The position numbers were made by a program, and so were the translations under genes. A stretch of DNA of 42,388 bases, taken from the IMG/VR virus record IMGVR_UViG_3300045988_175234. One strand, given 5' to 3'. This DNA is from a virus. The notes beneath the pieces are model-generated. The model had not been told where the DNA came from. It did no database searches and worked only from the letters and a program-made list of their open reading frames with translations. How positions within the stretch are numbered: position 1 is the first letter of the stretch; each line of letters begins with the position of its first letter. Positions 28,936 to 38,638 of this stretch are shown here, one piece after another.

Positions 28936-30906
28936 ATGCCAGAAATTGCTAATAATATTTCTAAAAACTTGGCTAGACCAGTGCCGTCTGTGGGAGATGT
29001 TTCGCTATCTCCTACTATCAAGCTAAGCAATAAGAACTACCAAGCTTTGAAAAACTTTTTGATTAATCGGATTAAGTATGCTCACCAATTTACTGATTCG
29101 AGAGCACAAACATACGATAAAATAGATAGACAGCTATTGGGCTGCATCTATTTAAATAGCGATGATAAGAAACGTGCCAAGGACAACCAGCGTGGGAAGT
29201 CGGCTGCTGTTACGGATGTTAATCTTGCTATTGGACAGGCACAAATTGATACTTGCGTAACCGCATTAATTAATTTGTTGGTTCCAACTAGTGATATGTA
29301 TGAAGCCTATAGTGATGCTGATGGTCAGCCTTATGCGCAAGCATTAGCTGCAGAGATGACTGATAATGCTGATAAATTTGGGCATATTGTAGAAATTCAT
29401 AAAGCTCTAAATGATGGGCTTAAGTATAACCTTTGCGGACTATTGGTCGAATGGATTGACGTAGCTGGAAACCGAATTGCCAATGATAGCTTAAATCAGC
29501 CAGTAGTTGAACAAACTACTATCTACTCAGGTAACAGATTAACGCACCTTGATATGCGAAATACATTTTACTCTCCTACTGTTTTGCCGGAAAAACTCTC
29601 TACTGACGGACAGTATGCGGGTTATGTAGAAAAAGTAGACGCATTTAAGATAAATGAATTAATCGACCAGGCTGAAATTTATGGTAATTACTTAAGAGCT
29701 AATGATAAGGCCATTACTAATGTAGTATCTTATAATGAAAAACCAGATATTCAGAATCCAGCTACCACATCAAAGTATACTAATAGTGATGGAACTACTA
29801 ATTATGATGCACTTTTTGCTACTGGTGACGGTACAGTTGGAGCTAATTTTAATCTTATCACAATGTTTTGTAAGATTAGGCCGTATGAGTTTGGATTAGG
29901 CGAAGACGCTGCGGTTTCAGTATGGAAGTTTCGTATATTGAACAGCGAAATCGTTTATGCTAAACAACTAGACAATGCGCATGGCAGGCTTCCTATTGTA
30001 CTATCAACTGTCACGCTTGACGGTTTAGATGATAAATCTCCTAGCTATGGAGAACACCTAATACCGCTACAAAATTTCTGCTCTTATTTACTAAACGTAA
30101 AACAGCGGGCATACAGAAAACAATTATATGGAATTAATTTTTATAAACGCGATAATATTGATATGCGCGAAGCACTTGAAAAGGGAGATAAAGAAAATCT
30201 CTGGATTCCTGTTGATAGTAAAGGTAATGAAGCTATAGCTTCTATGGTTCAGCATTTTAATGATGCGCCAAATACCGAAAGCGTAATTCCCGATATGGCG
30301 AATATTAAAACTATTATGCAGGACATTTTGCCAACTGATTCGCGAAGCTTGCTTGCTAATTTATCGCGCGTGTCGCAATGGCAGGCCCAGCGTACTGTAG
30401 CTGAAACAGATAAGCGTACTGTGAAGATTGGTAGACTACTTAACTCTACGCTACTTCGTCAGATTAAATTTATTCAAGTATATAATATCTTGCAATATAA
30501 AGATATTATTACTATACTGAATAATGATGGACAATATGAAGATATAAAAGTATCAGACTTAAGAAATACTAATATCGAAATGGGTATTAGCTCGGCGCTT
30601 CGTGGTATCGATAAAGACCTTTTAGCTGACAAGTTTAAAGATATGTTAAACATCTTAGTTCAGATGCCACATATTACTTCTGAGATTGATATCACAAAGG
30701 CGTTAGACTATTGGTCTTCATTAGCTGGAGCAGATATGGACTTGTCTCAGTTTAAAGTAGAATCGCCGTTTGACAAGCTAACACCTGAACAGAAACAGGC
30801 TGCTTATCAATTACTTGTACAAACTGCAGCTACTCAGCAGGCGCGTACTGATGTTGATAGCGCGGTTAATTCCATGCCGCCAGTTACGGAGTTAGTTAAT
30901 GCTTAG
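28936..30906 (+). CDS. Portal protein (by position and size).
   Basis: 656-aa ORF immediately after the large terminase. Confidence 0.5.
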   Translation: MPEIANNISKNLARPVPSVGDVSLSPTIKLSNKNYQALKNFLINRIKYAHQFTDSRAQTYDKIDRQLLGCIYLNSDDKKRAKDNQRGKSAAVTDVNLAIGQAQIDTCVTALINLLVPTSDMYEAYSDADGQPYAQALAAEMTDNADKFGHIVEIHKALNDGLKYNLCGLLVEWIDVAGNRIANDSLNQPVVEQTTIYSGNRLTHLDMRNTFYSPTVLPEKLSTDGQYAGYVEKVDAFKINELIDQAEIYGNYLRANDKAITNVVSYNEKPDIQNPATTSKYTNSDGTTNYDALFATGDGTVGANFNLITMFCKIRPYEFGLGEDAAVSVWKFRILNSEIVYAKQLDNAHGRLPIVLSTVTLDGLDDKSPSYGEHLIPLQNFCSYLLNVKQRAYRKQLYGINFYKRDNIDMREALEKGDKENLWIPVDSKGNEAIASMVQHFNDAPNTESVIPDMANIKTIMQDILPTDSRSLLANLSRVSQWQAQRTVAETDKRTVKIGRLLNSTLLRQIKFIQVYNILQYKDIITILNNDGQYEDIKVSDLRNTNIEMGISSALRGIDKDLLADKFKDMLNILVQMPHITSEIDITKALDYWSSLAGADMDLSQFKVESPFDKLTPEQKQAAYQLLVQTAATQQARTDVDSAVNSMPPVTELVNA

Positions 30907-31132
30907 ACTTGACAGACGAATAAATGCTAACTATATACCTCATGAGGTATGCCAAGTAGTTTTGCCATTTTTGAACAAATGTAGCGAGTCTTTGGAAAAA
31001 GCTATATTAGATATACAAATCGAAAATTTTGTAGACGTTAATGCTTTCGCCAACGAATATAGTAGCCTATCAACTCAGCTCGCTACAATAAAACAACTAA
31101 TTAATATTTTAAACAACAATAAGGAGAATTAA
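30899..31132 (+). CDS. Hypothetical protein, 77 aa.
   Basis: ORF overlapping the portal stop. Confidence 0.35.
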   Translation: MLRLDRRINANYIPHEVCQVVLPFLNKCSESLEKAILDIQIENFVDVNAFANEYSSLSTQLATIKQLINILNNNKEN

Positions 31133-31133
31133 A

Positions 31134-31859
31134 ATGTCAAATTTTGCTAATCCAATTTCTTTTGAACATTTGGAGACTTATGCAGAGCAGCAGGCCCGGC
31201 TTGGTAACACAGCTACTGATAATCATAGTAATAACTCTAATTCTAACGAGACTAACTCTAACAATAACATTGACTTAACAAATCCTTTCGTTAACGATGC
31301 TAACATAAATAAACAAGACGTGGCTAATCGCGCTAACCAAAATAACTCAGCTAACAATGATTCGGCTACTCAGGCTAAGCAGCCAACATTGGACGAGATA
31401 GTAAATGCTAAAGATTTTGGGGAAATTAACGACGACTTGTTTAACAAGGCATTGAACGGCGACGCAAGTGGCTTTAAAGATACCTTTGCTACAATTACTC
31501 GCAATGTCTACAAACAAGCTATTACAGATGCTAACGCTTTAATGGAAGCTAAACTTTCTAAGCTTAAGTATGAGATTAAAGCTAATATCGAGTCTGATAA
31601 AAAAGTAGACAACTTGGTCAATACAATGAAAAACGAGTTGGCGTTTACCAAGGACCCGGCTATTGAACCGGTAGCGAGACAGGTATTTGCTGGATATATT
31701 CGCAAGGGACTTAATACCGAAGAGGCGCTCGGAGCTACTAGACAGTACTTTAGTAATCTTACTAAGTCGTTCAATGCCGCCAATAAAAAGCCAGACGAAA
31801 TTAACTCAAATAGCAATGTCCTTACTGGCGAGGACGCTCTTAATAGGCTATTTTCATAA
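31134..31859 (+). CDS. Putative scaffolding protein.
   Basis: Between portal and capsid genes. Low-complexity N/S-rich N-terminus and a helical C-terminal half. Confidence 0.45.
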   Translation: MSNFANPISFEHLETYAEQQARLGNTATDNHSNNSNSNETNSNNNIDLTNPFVNDANINKQDVANRANQNNSANNDSATQAKQPTLDEIVNAKDFGEINDDLFNKALNGDASGFKDTFATITRNVYKQAITDANALMEAKLSKLKYEIKANIESDKKVDNLVNTMKNELAFTKDPAIEPVARQVFAGYIRKGLNTEEALGATRQYFSNLTKSFNAANKKPDEINSNSNVLTGEDALNRLFS

Positions 31860-31871
31860 AAGGAAAGTATA

Positions 31872-33026
31872 ATGTTACAGGGAATTTTTTCGTCTAACTC
31901 TGGAATTAATGGCGAGGCTGTACAGTCGTTTAGTAATAAAATTTATACTAGCGGCTTTGTTGGTACAGCGCCTATGCTCGCTCTTTCGTCTGGTATGCGT
32001 AAGAGTAAAGCTACTTCCATTATTCAGCATTGGTTTGAAGATGCTGAAGATGTGTATCGCACTGTAATTACGAATAATGCAGCTACTGGCACTACAATAG
32101 TAGTAGCTCAGGGAACAGCTATTCTGCCCAATACAGTAGTCTGCGTGGAATCCACTGGCGAATATATGCTCGTTACGGCAGTTAGTGGTAATTCACTAAC
32201 TGTTCATCGTGGTTTCGCTAATACTACTGTTAAGTCTATTGACGGCTCGTCTACTCCAGTCGGTTTGCAGATTATTGCTCAGGCCCACAAAGAGGGTTCT
32301 GAAGCTCCGGCCGCTATGAAAAAAGTAGGCTATCCTGTAATGAACTATACGCAGATTTTCCGTAATACTTGGTCTAATACTCGTACTGCTCGTCAGGTGG
32401 ACTGGCATACTGGTAGCCGTACTGAAAAGAATAAGCGTGACTGTATTTCTAAGCATGCTCAGGATATCGAGAATGCATTGTTGTTTGGTAAGAAGTCGCT
32501 CTTTAGTATTGATAGCGAACAGGCTCATACGATGGAGGGTTTGATTGGCCACATTCGTACTAATGTAGCCTCTCAGGATTCTGGTGGTCTTACTTATAAT
32601 GATTTTGAAGAATTCATCGCTAACGTATTTGCTCACAATATTGAGGGCGAACCGAATGAACGCTTGGCATTCGCTGGCAATGGCGTTATGCTGGTATTGA
32701 ATCAGCTCGCTAGAAAAACAGGTCAGCTTAACATTGTAGTTGGCCAGAATGACTTCGGTACTGAAATCAATACTATTAGAACTTCGTTCGGTACTCTGAA
32801 ACTTCTCACGCATCCGTTGTTTAATCAGTCTCCTGTATGGACTAATAACTTGGTAGTCTTCCACCCGGGCGCTGTTGAACTTAAGTATGTTGAAGACGCT
32901 ACTGTTCAGGATAGCAGCAATCCTGGTTTCGATGGTGACGCCGGTACGATTACGTCCGAACTCACTATGGAATACCATTGTGAAAAAACGGCTGGTATTT
33001 TGACTGGCATTAACAAAGCTGCTTAG
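31872..33026 (+). CDS. Putative major capsid protein.
   Basis: 384 aa. Positioned after the scaffold protein and followed by a strong hairpin terminator. Confidence 0.5.
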   Translation: MLQGIFSSNSGINGEAVQSFSNKIYTSGFVGTAPMLALSSGMRKSKATSIIQHWFEDAEDVYRTVITNNAATGTTIVVAQGTAILPNTVVCVESTGEYMLVTAVSGNSLTVHRGFANTTVKSIDGSSTPVGLQIIAQAHKEGSEAPAAMKKVGYPVMNYTQIFRNTWSNTRTARQVDWHTGSRTEKNKRDCISKHAQDIENALLFGKKSLFSIDSEQAHTMEGLIGHIRTNVASQDSGGLTYNDFEEFIANVFAHNIEGEPNERLAFAGNGVMLVLNQLARKTGQLNIVVGQNDFGTEINTIRTSFGTLKLLTHPLFNQSPVWTNNLVVFHPGAVELKYVEDATVQDSSNPGFDGDAGTITSELTMEYHCEKTAGILTGINKAA

Positions 33027-33044
33027 TTTAATTGTGCTAACTTA

Positions 33045-33083
33045 GAAGTAGCTCAGCTTTGTCCCTGGGCTACTTCTTTCTTT
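33045..33083 (+). terminator. Intrinsic terminator after the capsid gene.
   Basis: GAAGTAGCTCAG / CTGGGCTACTTC stem of 12 bp (one U·G), then TTTCTTT. Confidence 0.6.
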
Positions 33084-33097
33084 AAGAAAGTAGACTA

Positions 33098-33583
33098 ATG
33101 AAAAAATATCATGTATTATCTAAATTTTTTAATTTTAAATTTGGGTTTAATGGAAAACGCATTGTTCTTGACAAAGGACACGCTGTAGTTGAAGTCGAAG
33201 ATAAAGATGTAGCTGAGTTTGAAGCTCTCTTTGAAAACAATCCAGCTATCACACCTTATGCTACCTTAGCTAAAAAAGATACTGCAGATAAATTCAGTGA
33301 AGTTGTAGAAAAGCAGGCAGCTAATAGCGGTGGAACCACTCTTGGCGCTTTGGCTAGTAATAACTTAATGTCTCCTAAAGACCCTATTCTTGAAGCATTT
33401 GCGGCTGCAGGAGCTGAATATTCAGCTAATGAAATTAACAAGGACGAGGATAATAGCGAAGAAAACAATGACGCTGATAGCAATGCTGATGAGCAGGATA
33501 AGTCAAACGCTCCTGAATCTCAGAATAATCACAAGCCTGCTATTCAGTTAAATATGCCGTTGGGAAAACCTGCTAGTAAATAG
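33098..33583 (+). CDS. Hypothetical structural protein, 161 aa, acidic C-terminal half.
   Basis: ORF in the late arm. Confidence 0.4.
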   Translation: MKKYHVLSKFFNFKFGFNGKRIVLDKGHAVVEVEDKDVAEFEALFENNPAITPYATLAKKDTADKFSEVVEKQAANSGGTTLGALASNNLMSPKDPILEAFAAAGAEYSANEINKDEDNSEENNDADSNADEQDKSNAPESQNNHKPAIQLNMPLGKPASK

Positions 33584-33592
33584 GAGTTATAA

Positions 33593-34312
33593 ATGTTTAG
33601 TGAGCTAGTTGATACTATAGTAAGTCGCACTAATCGTATTGATTTTCAGGATAATATTGTAGCTTATTTAAATGAGACTATGCGAGCTATCCAAAATAGT
33701 GCTTTGTTTTCTCGCGATTTGGTTGAAGATATTGTTTATGATATTGCTGCGCAAGAAAACGTTAGTGAACCTGTTAACGTATATGTTTGGAAACGCCCAA
33801 TTAGAATGCGGCAGTTTAGGGCAGTAGCCTATGAAGACTCAATTGGAAATCGCGAGTTTCCGCCTAACATACCTCCGTCTGAAGTTCAAAAAACTCATGA
33901 AAGGTATTATTACGGGTCTGGCGATTCTATTGTTTTTTGCGATTCTAACGGGTTTAATAAAATTAAAGTAGCCTATTACCAGAATCTACGGCAGTTAAAT
34001 TATTTTGCCATAGGCTCTCGCCCAGCTGTATTTGATAGAGATAATGAAACATGGACTTATTTAAATACAGATGGTGAATATGTACCTACGTTAAATGATG
34101 AAGTAGCTGAACAACAAGCACAAGACAAAGTATCTAACTGGCTACTAGCTTCATATAGTGGGGTGCTTTCTCACGGAACGTGTACTAAAGTATTTAGTGT
34201 GCTACAAGACCCCAGAAATGTGGTTGAATATTCTAACTTTCAATCTGGATTAAACGATTTACGGAGTATAGAAAAATATGAAGCCACAGGATACAACATT
34301 TTTAAGGGGTAA
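33593..34312 (+). CDS. Hypothetical structural protein, 239 aa.
   Basis: ORF with AGGAG Shine-Dalgarno. Confidence 0.45.
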   Translation: MFSELVDTIVSRTNRIDFQDNIVAYLNETMRAIQNSALFSRDLVEDIVYDIAAQENVSEPVNVYVWKRPIRMRQFRAVAYEDSIGNREFPPNIPPSEVQKTHERYYYGSGDSIVFCDSNGFNKIKVAYYQNLRQLNYFAIGSRPAVFDRDNETWTYLNTDGEYVPTLNDEVAEQQAQDKVSNWLLASYSGVLSHGTCTKVFSVLQDPRNVVEYSNFQSGLNDLRSIEKYEATGYNIFKG

Positions 34313-34655
34313 TAATTATAAGTTTATTCGGGATTATGGAATGAGTTTTGTTAAGCTAATCTTGTTGCCGTGTTTGTTGTTTTATGCTAACAGTATTTTA
34401 CACGAAATAGCCGATGAGCAAAAAACTATTGTTAGTAAACAAGATGCGCTTAGCGAAAAGATTTCTAATATCCAGTTAAGCTTTACGGAACTTAAAATTT
34501 CTGCGGCTAAAGATAAAGAATTATTAGCCTACAGAATACAGTTATTGGAGAATCGCTGTGACGAACTATATGCAGAAGTTTATTCCAAACTTCCCGGTAA
34601 AAACAGGAGAACTAGCTACTCTAATGGAGTGGTCGACCAGACTGTTAGCAAATAA
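34278..34655 (+). CDS. Membrane-anchored coiled-coil protein. The start may instead be 34341.
   Basis: N-terminal transmembrane helix SFVKLILLPCLLFYANSIL followed by a coiled coil. Confidence 0.4.
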   Translation: MKPQDTTFLRGNNYKFIRDYGMSFVKLILLPCLLFYANSILHEIADEQKTIVSKQDALSEKISNIQLSFTELKISAAKDKELLAYRIQLLENRCDELYAEVYSKLPGKNRRTSYSNGVVDQTVSK

Positions 34656-34743
34656 CCTAATTCTTCAAAGTGTTCTGGAAGATTACGAGAGAAGAATAGC
34701 TGCTTTAGAAGCTAAGATAAATAATACTAACTCTTCTAGCTAA
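34558..34743 (+). CDS. Small coiled-coil protein, 61 aa, GTG start. Overlaps the previous gene in the +1 frame.
   Basis: GGAGA sits 7 nt upstream of the GTG. Confidence 0.3.
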   Translation: MTNYMQKFIPNFPVKTGELATLMEWSTRLLANNLILQSVLEDYERRIAALEAKINNTNSSS

Positions 34744-34759
34744 GTAAAGGAGACATAAA

Positions 34760-34999
34760 ATGGAAGACAAACTTATGGAAATTTTGGAGTACGTAGCTAC
34801 TATTGTGGCGGGCTGTGCCGGTCTCGCTACTTTTACTCCTACGGCTAAAGACGATGGTTGGTGGGCTAAACTAGCTGGATGGGTAGGCATCGGGCCTAAA
34901 TATGTTAAGCCAGTTGTGGCTATTTATAATGGCCTTGTTAGCTTAATTAACTTTTTTGGCCTTAATTTTGGTAAAGCTAAAAATGAGAAAAAGGAATAG
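34760..34999 (+). CDS. Small membrane protein, 79 aa.
   Basis: Hydrophobic segment ILEYVATIVAGCAGLATF. AAGGAG Shine-Dalgarno. Confidence 0.4.
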   Translation: MEDKLMEILEYVATIVAGCAGLATFTPTAKDDGWWAKLAGWVGIGPKYVKPVVAIYNGLVSLINFFGLNFGKAKNEKKE

Positions 35000-35002
35000 C
35001 AA

Positions 35003-35458
35003 ATGCATGGCGAATATTTTATTGTTAAAGATGGTAAAGTAGTTAGCCGCGTTCCAAATACTATAACTAAGGCGTTCGAAACTGCGATTTTAAATCAACA
35101 TTTTCGCAATATTGGAACGCCTACGTTTTATTTAGGTTTGGGCACTTGTAGTAACTATAGCCGAGAATCAACTATGGAAGATGTAGTTGAAGTAACTGGT
35201 AGCGGTTATTCTCGTGTACAGATTGTTCGCGATTCAGTCGAGTGGGGAGAGCCGCAATCAGAGCCTCAATGTATGCGAATAACCTCAGCTGTTAAAACAT
35301 TTTCTGCATCTGGCGACTGGACTGAATATGATAGGATTTTTATAGCCGACGCAGCTTCGGGTGGCAATCTTTTGTCGATGAGTGATAAGTTTGATGTACC
35401 CGTTAGCCTATCAAATGGAGATACGCAATCCTATTCGTACTCATTATATTTCAAATAG
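35003..35458 (+). CDS. Hypothetical tail protein, 151 aa, possibly tubular-A-like.
   Basis: Position immediately before the 654-aa tail protein. Confidence 0.35.
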   Translation: MHGEYFIVKDGKVVSRVPNTITKAFETAILNQHFRNIGTPTFYLGLGTCSNYSRESTMEDVVEVTGSGYSRVQIVRDSVEWGEPQSEPQCMRITSAVKTFSASGDWTEYDRIFIADAASGGNLLSMSDKFDVPVSLSNGDTQSYSYSLYFK

Positions 35459-35469
35459 GTAGTAATAAA

Positions 35470-37434
35470 ATGGCAAGTTTGGTTTCTTTATTTATAGGAG
35501 CTTACAATCCAGCTTACGATAGAAAGCAAATTAAAGATTTAACTATAGTAGATGGCAAAAATTTTGTGCCTACACTGAAAGGCTACAAACCTAGTTTTGG
35601 TAGTTCAATACTTAGTCTTAACAGGCTTGGCCCAGAATATGTTAAATCAGCTCAACTGGTAAAAGCTCTTAGTATAATGTTCATGTGTAATAATTACGGT
35701 ATTATGCGCTATGATGAAGATAGCCAAACTTGGCATTTTGTACTAAGGCTTGGACAAAGAATTGATAACTTACTGCCATGGTCTTTGGCAATAGTTGGTG
35801 GCGATATCTATTTTTGTAGGCTAGGAGCTGGAGTTTGGCGATATCGTATAGCGGATAACTGCAGTGAGAAGTTAACCGAAAATGTTCCTAGCAATCCTTG
35901 TTCTATCTGTAGCGCTGATGGTAGATTAGTTATTCTTGGTGATTCTACTTATGCATGGTCAGCAGTTGGAGATGGAACTAATCTTGAAACTAGTTTAACT
36001 ACTGGAGCAGGCTTTCAGTCTTTAAATATCGCAGGTGCTGGTTCGCCAATTGCTGTTAAATCGCTAAATGATGGGTTTTTGGTTTTTCTATCTACTGGCA
36101 TTGTTCGAGTAGAGACTATTAATGCAGTGCTAGTATTTCATCATAGGCTATTGTGTAACGCCTCGTTTAAGCCTGTTTCAGCTAATAGTATTTGTGAGGT
36201 AGAATCTGGCCAGCTAATATGGTTTTCAGCTAATGGTATTTATGCATCAAACGGAGAATATCCTGAACCTTTTGAGCCTGCGTTTAGTAAATGGTTAGTT
36301 GATAGTTTATTTCGTTATCCTCTTAACTCCAAGTTTGATGTGCCAGTTCGAATAGTATATTCTGAACTAATGCACTATATTTTTATTTCGTACTCTAACG
36401 CTGAAAATTATGATAACCCATTTACTACTGCTTTTATTTATGCTGTAGATTTGGGCAAATGGGGACGCTTAGACAGAAATCATATGTTTGTTGGTGATAT
36501 TGAACTAAGCGGTCCTAACTATCAAGGAACTAGATTAGCTATTGGACAGCCTGATGGCGAAATAAGAATAGTCAACAAAGACTATGGAGATGACTTTTTC
36601 AATAATTATTGGTTACAGAATAACTTTGTAGCTAGTACAGTTGCTCCTATTATCAGCAGTGATCATTCCGCTACTGAAGTCAGCTCGGCTATGACTATGA
36701 AGTCTTATGATTTTACTCGACTACCATCAATCTTAGGATTTTATGAATACATATCTCGTAGTAGTAGTAGTAGTAGTATAAATCCTGAGCTACCGTCTTA
36801 TATTAATACTCAGCTACTGCAAAAAGGCATAGACATGGAGTTAGCTCCAAATCGCAGTATAGATATGGAATTGGTTAGCGATGTTGTTGTTGATATGGGT
36901 ATAGGATTATCGCACAGCGATTTTGGTAGTGCTATGGCCATGGAGGCGCGAAAACAACTTATTGTGGCTAATCGAGTAGTAGCAGAACTTGGTATGCTTG
37001 AATCTAATATTGAACTAGCTCCTTATCATATTAGTGAATTTGATGATATTAACAAATCAACTATTGTTACAGGATTGAGCGTTATTGGAGATAGCGAAGT
37101 TAGTGAGGATAACATTATTAATATGAACGATTTAATTGGTTCTGTTAATATGAATATTGTTCCTGAGAGTTATGTGTTTATGGGCTATGGAGTTTTCTCT
37201 AAGCCAGAATATAAATTAATACTTACTTCTTCTACAGATTCTTATGGTACACGCAACTGCCATTCCTATGAGCTAAAGCCATATTCTAAGGTAGGTAATA
37301 ACTACAGATATAATTCGTATTCTACTGGACTTTATCATAGTTTCTCGGTTTCCATAAACGGAATAGGTGAGTACTATCATATAAAACAAATTCAAGCTAA
37401 CGTATCTGAGGGAGGACTAGTTTATGGAGCGTAG
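35470..37434 (+). CDS. Large tail protein, 654 aa (tail tubular-B, nozzle or spike-like).
   Basis: Position before the fiber cassette. Contains a Ser6 tract encoded by (AGT)6 at 36762-36779. Confidence 0.45.
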   Translation: MASLVSLFIGAYNPAYDRKQIKDLTIVDGKNFVPTLKGYKPSFGSSILSLNRLGPEYVKSAQLVKALSIMFMCNNYGIMRYDEDSQTWHFVLRLGQRIDNLLPWSLAIVGGDIYFCRLGAGVWRYRIADNCSEKLTENVPSNPCSICSADGRLVILGDSTYAWSAVGDGTNLETSLTTGAGFQSLNIAGAGSPIAVKSLNDGFLVFLSTGIVRVETINAVLVFHHRLLCNASFKPVSANSICEVESGQLIWFSANGIYASNGEYPEPFEPAFSKWLVDSLFRYPLNSKFDVPVRIVYSELMHYIFISYSNAENYDNPFTTAFIYAVDLGKWGRLDRNHMFVGDIELSGPNYQGTRLAIGQPDGEIRIVNKDYGDDFFNNYWLQNNFVASTVAPIISSDHSATEVSSAMTMKSYDFTRLPSILGFYEYISRSSSSSSINPELPSYINTQLLQKGIDMELAPNRSIDMELVSDVVVDMGIGLSHSDFGSAMAMEARKQLIVANRVVAELGMLESNIELAPYHISEFDDINKSTIVTGLSVIGDSEVSEDNIINMNDLIGSVNMNIVPESYVFMGYGVFSKPEYKLILTSSTDSYGTRNCHSYELKPYSKVGNNYRYNSYSTGLYHSFSVSINGIGEYYHIKQIQANVSEGGLVYGA

Positions 37435-38056
37435 GCAATTTGTAATGTTTCTAACTACTGCTGAGCAGCAGCAATTCACTGGATTAAAAGCTGAAATGAC
37501 TGTCGATACTCAGAAGAGTACAGCGGTTATTCACGACGGAATCACGCCCGGCGGACATCCACTAGCTAAAGAAAAGGATTTAACAAATACTGATAGAACT
37601 GTTACATCATTAACTAACCGTGTAACTACTATTGAAAAGAATAAAACTAATGTTATTGACTCTTCGTCTTCGTACGACCAGTACCCGTCGGCTAAGGCTG
37701 TTTACGACGAGCTAATCAAGAAGTTAGATTTAAGTTTAGCTAATTTACCATTAGCAGGATTCAGAGCAATAGCTCAAGGATTAACTGGTGACCCTAGCCG
37801 AAAAAAGCAAATTTCAAATGGCTTCGTAGCTGACAGAGCTGGTTGGCTGATAGTCTGGGATGGCGTCTATGCTGATACCTCTATAGTTAAAGTGGATGGC
37901 CATGTAATTTCACAGTTCAGCTCTCCGGGTGCAAATGTAACTTATTCGCATACTGTTCAGTATTTGCTAATGCCTGGGCAGAGAGTTGAACTACAGTCAA
38001 TTTCCAACGCTGAATTTTGGCCTTGCCGCAGTGATGTTGGCGAACTGCCAAGCTAA
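37424..38056 (+). CDS. Tail fiber or receptor-binding protein, paralog A1.
   Basis: The N-terminal 50 aa (MERRQF…LKAEMTVD…HDGITPGGHPLA) are conserved with the next gene; the C-termini have diverged. Confidence 0.5.
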   Translation: MERRQFVMFLTTAEQQQFTGLKAEMTVDTQKSTAVIHDGITPGGHPLAKEKDLTNTDRTVTSLTNRVTTIEKNKTNVIDSSSSYDQYPSAKAVYDELIKKLDLSLANLPLAGFRAIAQGLTGDPSRKKQISNGFVADRAGWLIVWDGVYADTSIVKVDGHVISQFSSPGANVTYSHTVQYLLMPGQRVELQSISNAEFWPCRSDVGELPS

Positions 38057-38076
38057 TATACTAAGGAGAATTAACA

Positions 38077-38622
38077 ATGGAACGTAGACAATTTATTGGC
38101 CACACTACTAACGAAGCCGCTACTAGTTTTATTGGACTATCACGTGAGATAACTATGGATATGTATAATAAAACCATAAGACTTCATGACGGCTCTACAC
38201 CTGGAGGGTACCCACTAGCTAATGGCAACAACTTAAACAACTTACAGAATGAAGTAGGTAAGCAGGTTAGCTATAAGAAAATGCGTAACATACCATGTAG
38301 CGGGTCTACTACTGTACAGTTTAAAGATGGCGACGAGCTTATTCAGCTAGGTGTTAGCAATAACGCAACTATTACGTTTGATACTTCTTTACTCACTAAT
38401 CCAGTTAGTACAGAGTATCCACATACATCATTTCGTTGTGAAATCTTGTTATACTTTACTAATGGAGTTAAGACTGTTACTTTCGCTAGTGCTCAGGGAA
38501 GTACTTTTCATTACTTAAACGAATTTAAACCTGATTTTAGTAATGGTAGGGTTCACTATTTTACCTTTGTTAAAAATAATTGGGAAAATAATATTCACAT
38601 AGCTGACAATGGTATTATTTAA
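38077..38622 (+). CDS. Tail fiber or receptor-binding protein, paralog A2.
   Basis: N-terminus MERRQFIGHTTNEAATSFIGLSREITMD…HDGSTPGGYPLA is paralogous to A1. Confidence 0.5.
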   Translation: MERRQFIGHTTNEAATSFIGLSREITMDMYNKTIRLHDGSTPGGYPLANGNNLNNLQNEVGKQVSYKKMRNIPCSGSTTVQFKDGDELIQLGVSNNATITFDTSLLTNPVSTEYPHTSFRCEILLYFTNGVKTVTFASAQGSTFHYLNEFKPDFSNGRVHYFTFVKNNWENNIHIADNGII

Positions 38623-38638
38623 GTTAGGAGTATCTTGT

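Noticed and set aside
34278-34999. Spanin (Rz/Rz1-like) pair in the structural module.
   Set aside because: The embedded +1 ORF has no cysteine, so it cannot be a lipoprotein. The VAGC lipobox-like motif in the 79-aa protein is not preceded by a credible signal peptide. The location is inside the virion-structure module, far from the holin and endolysin.
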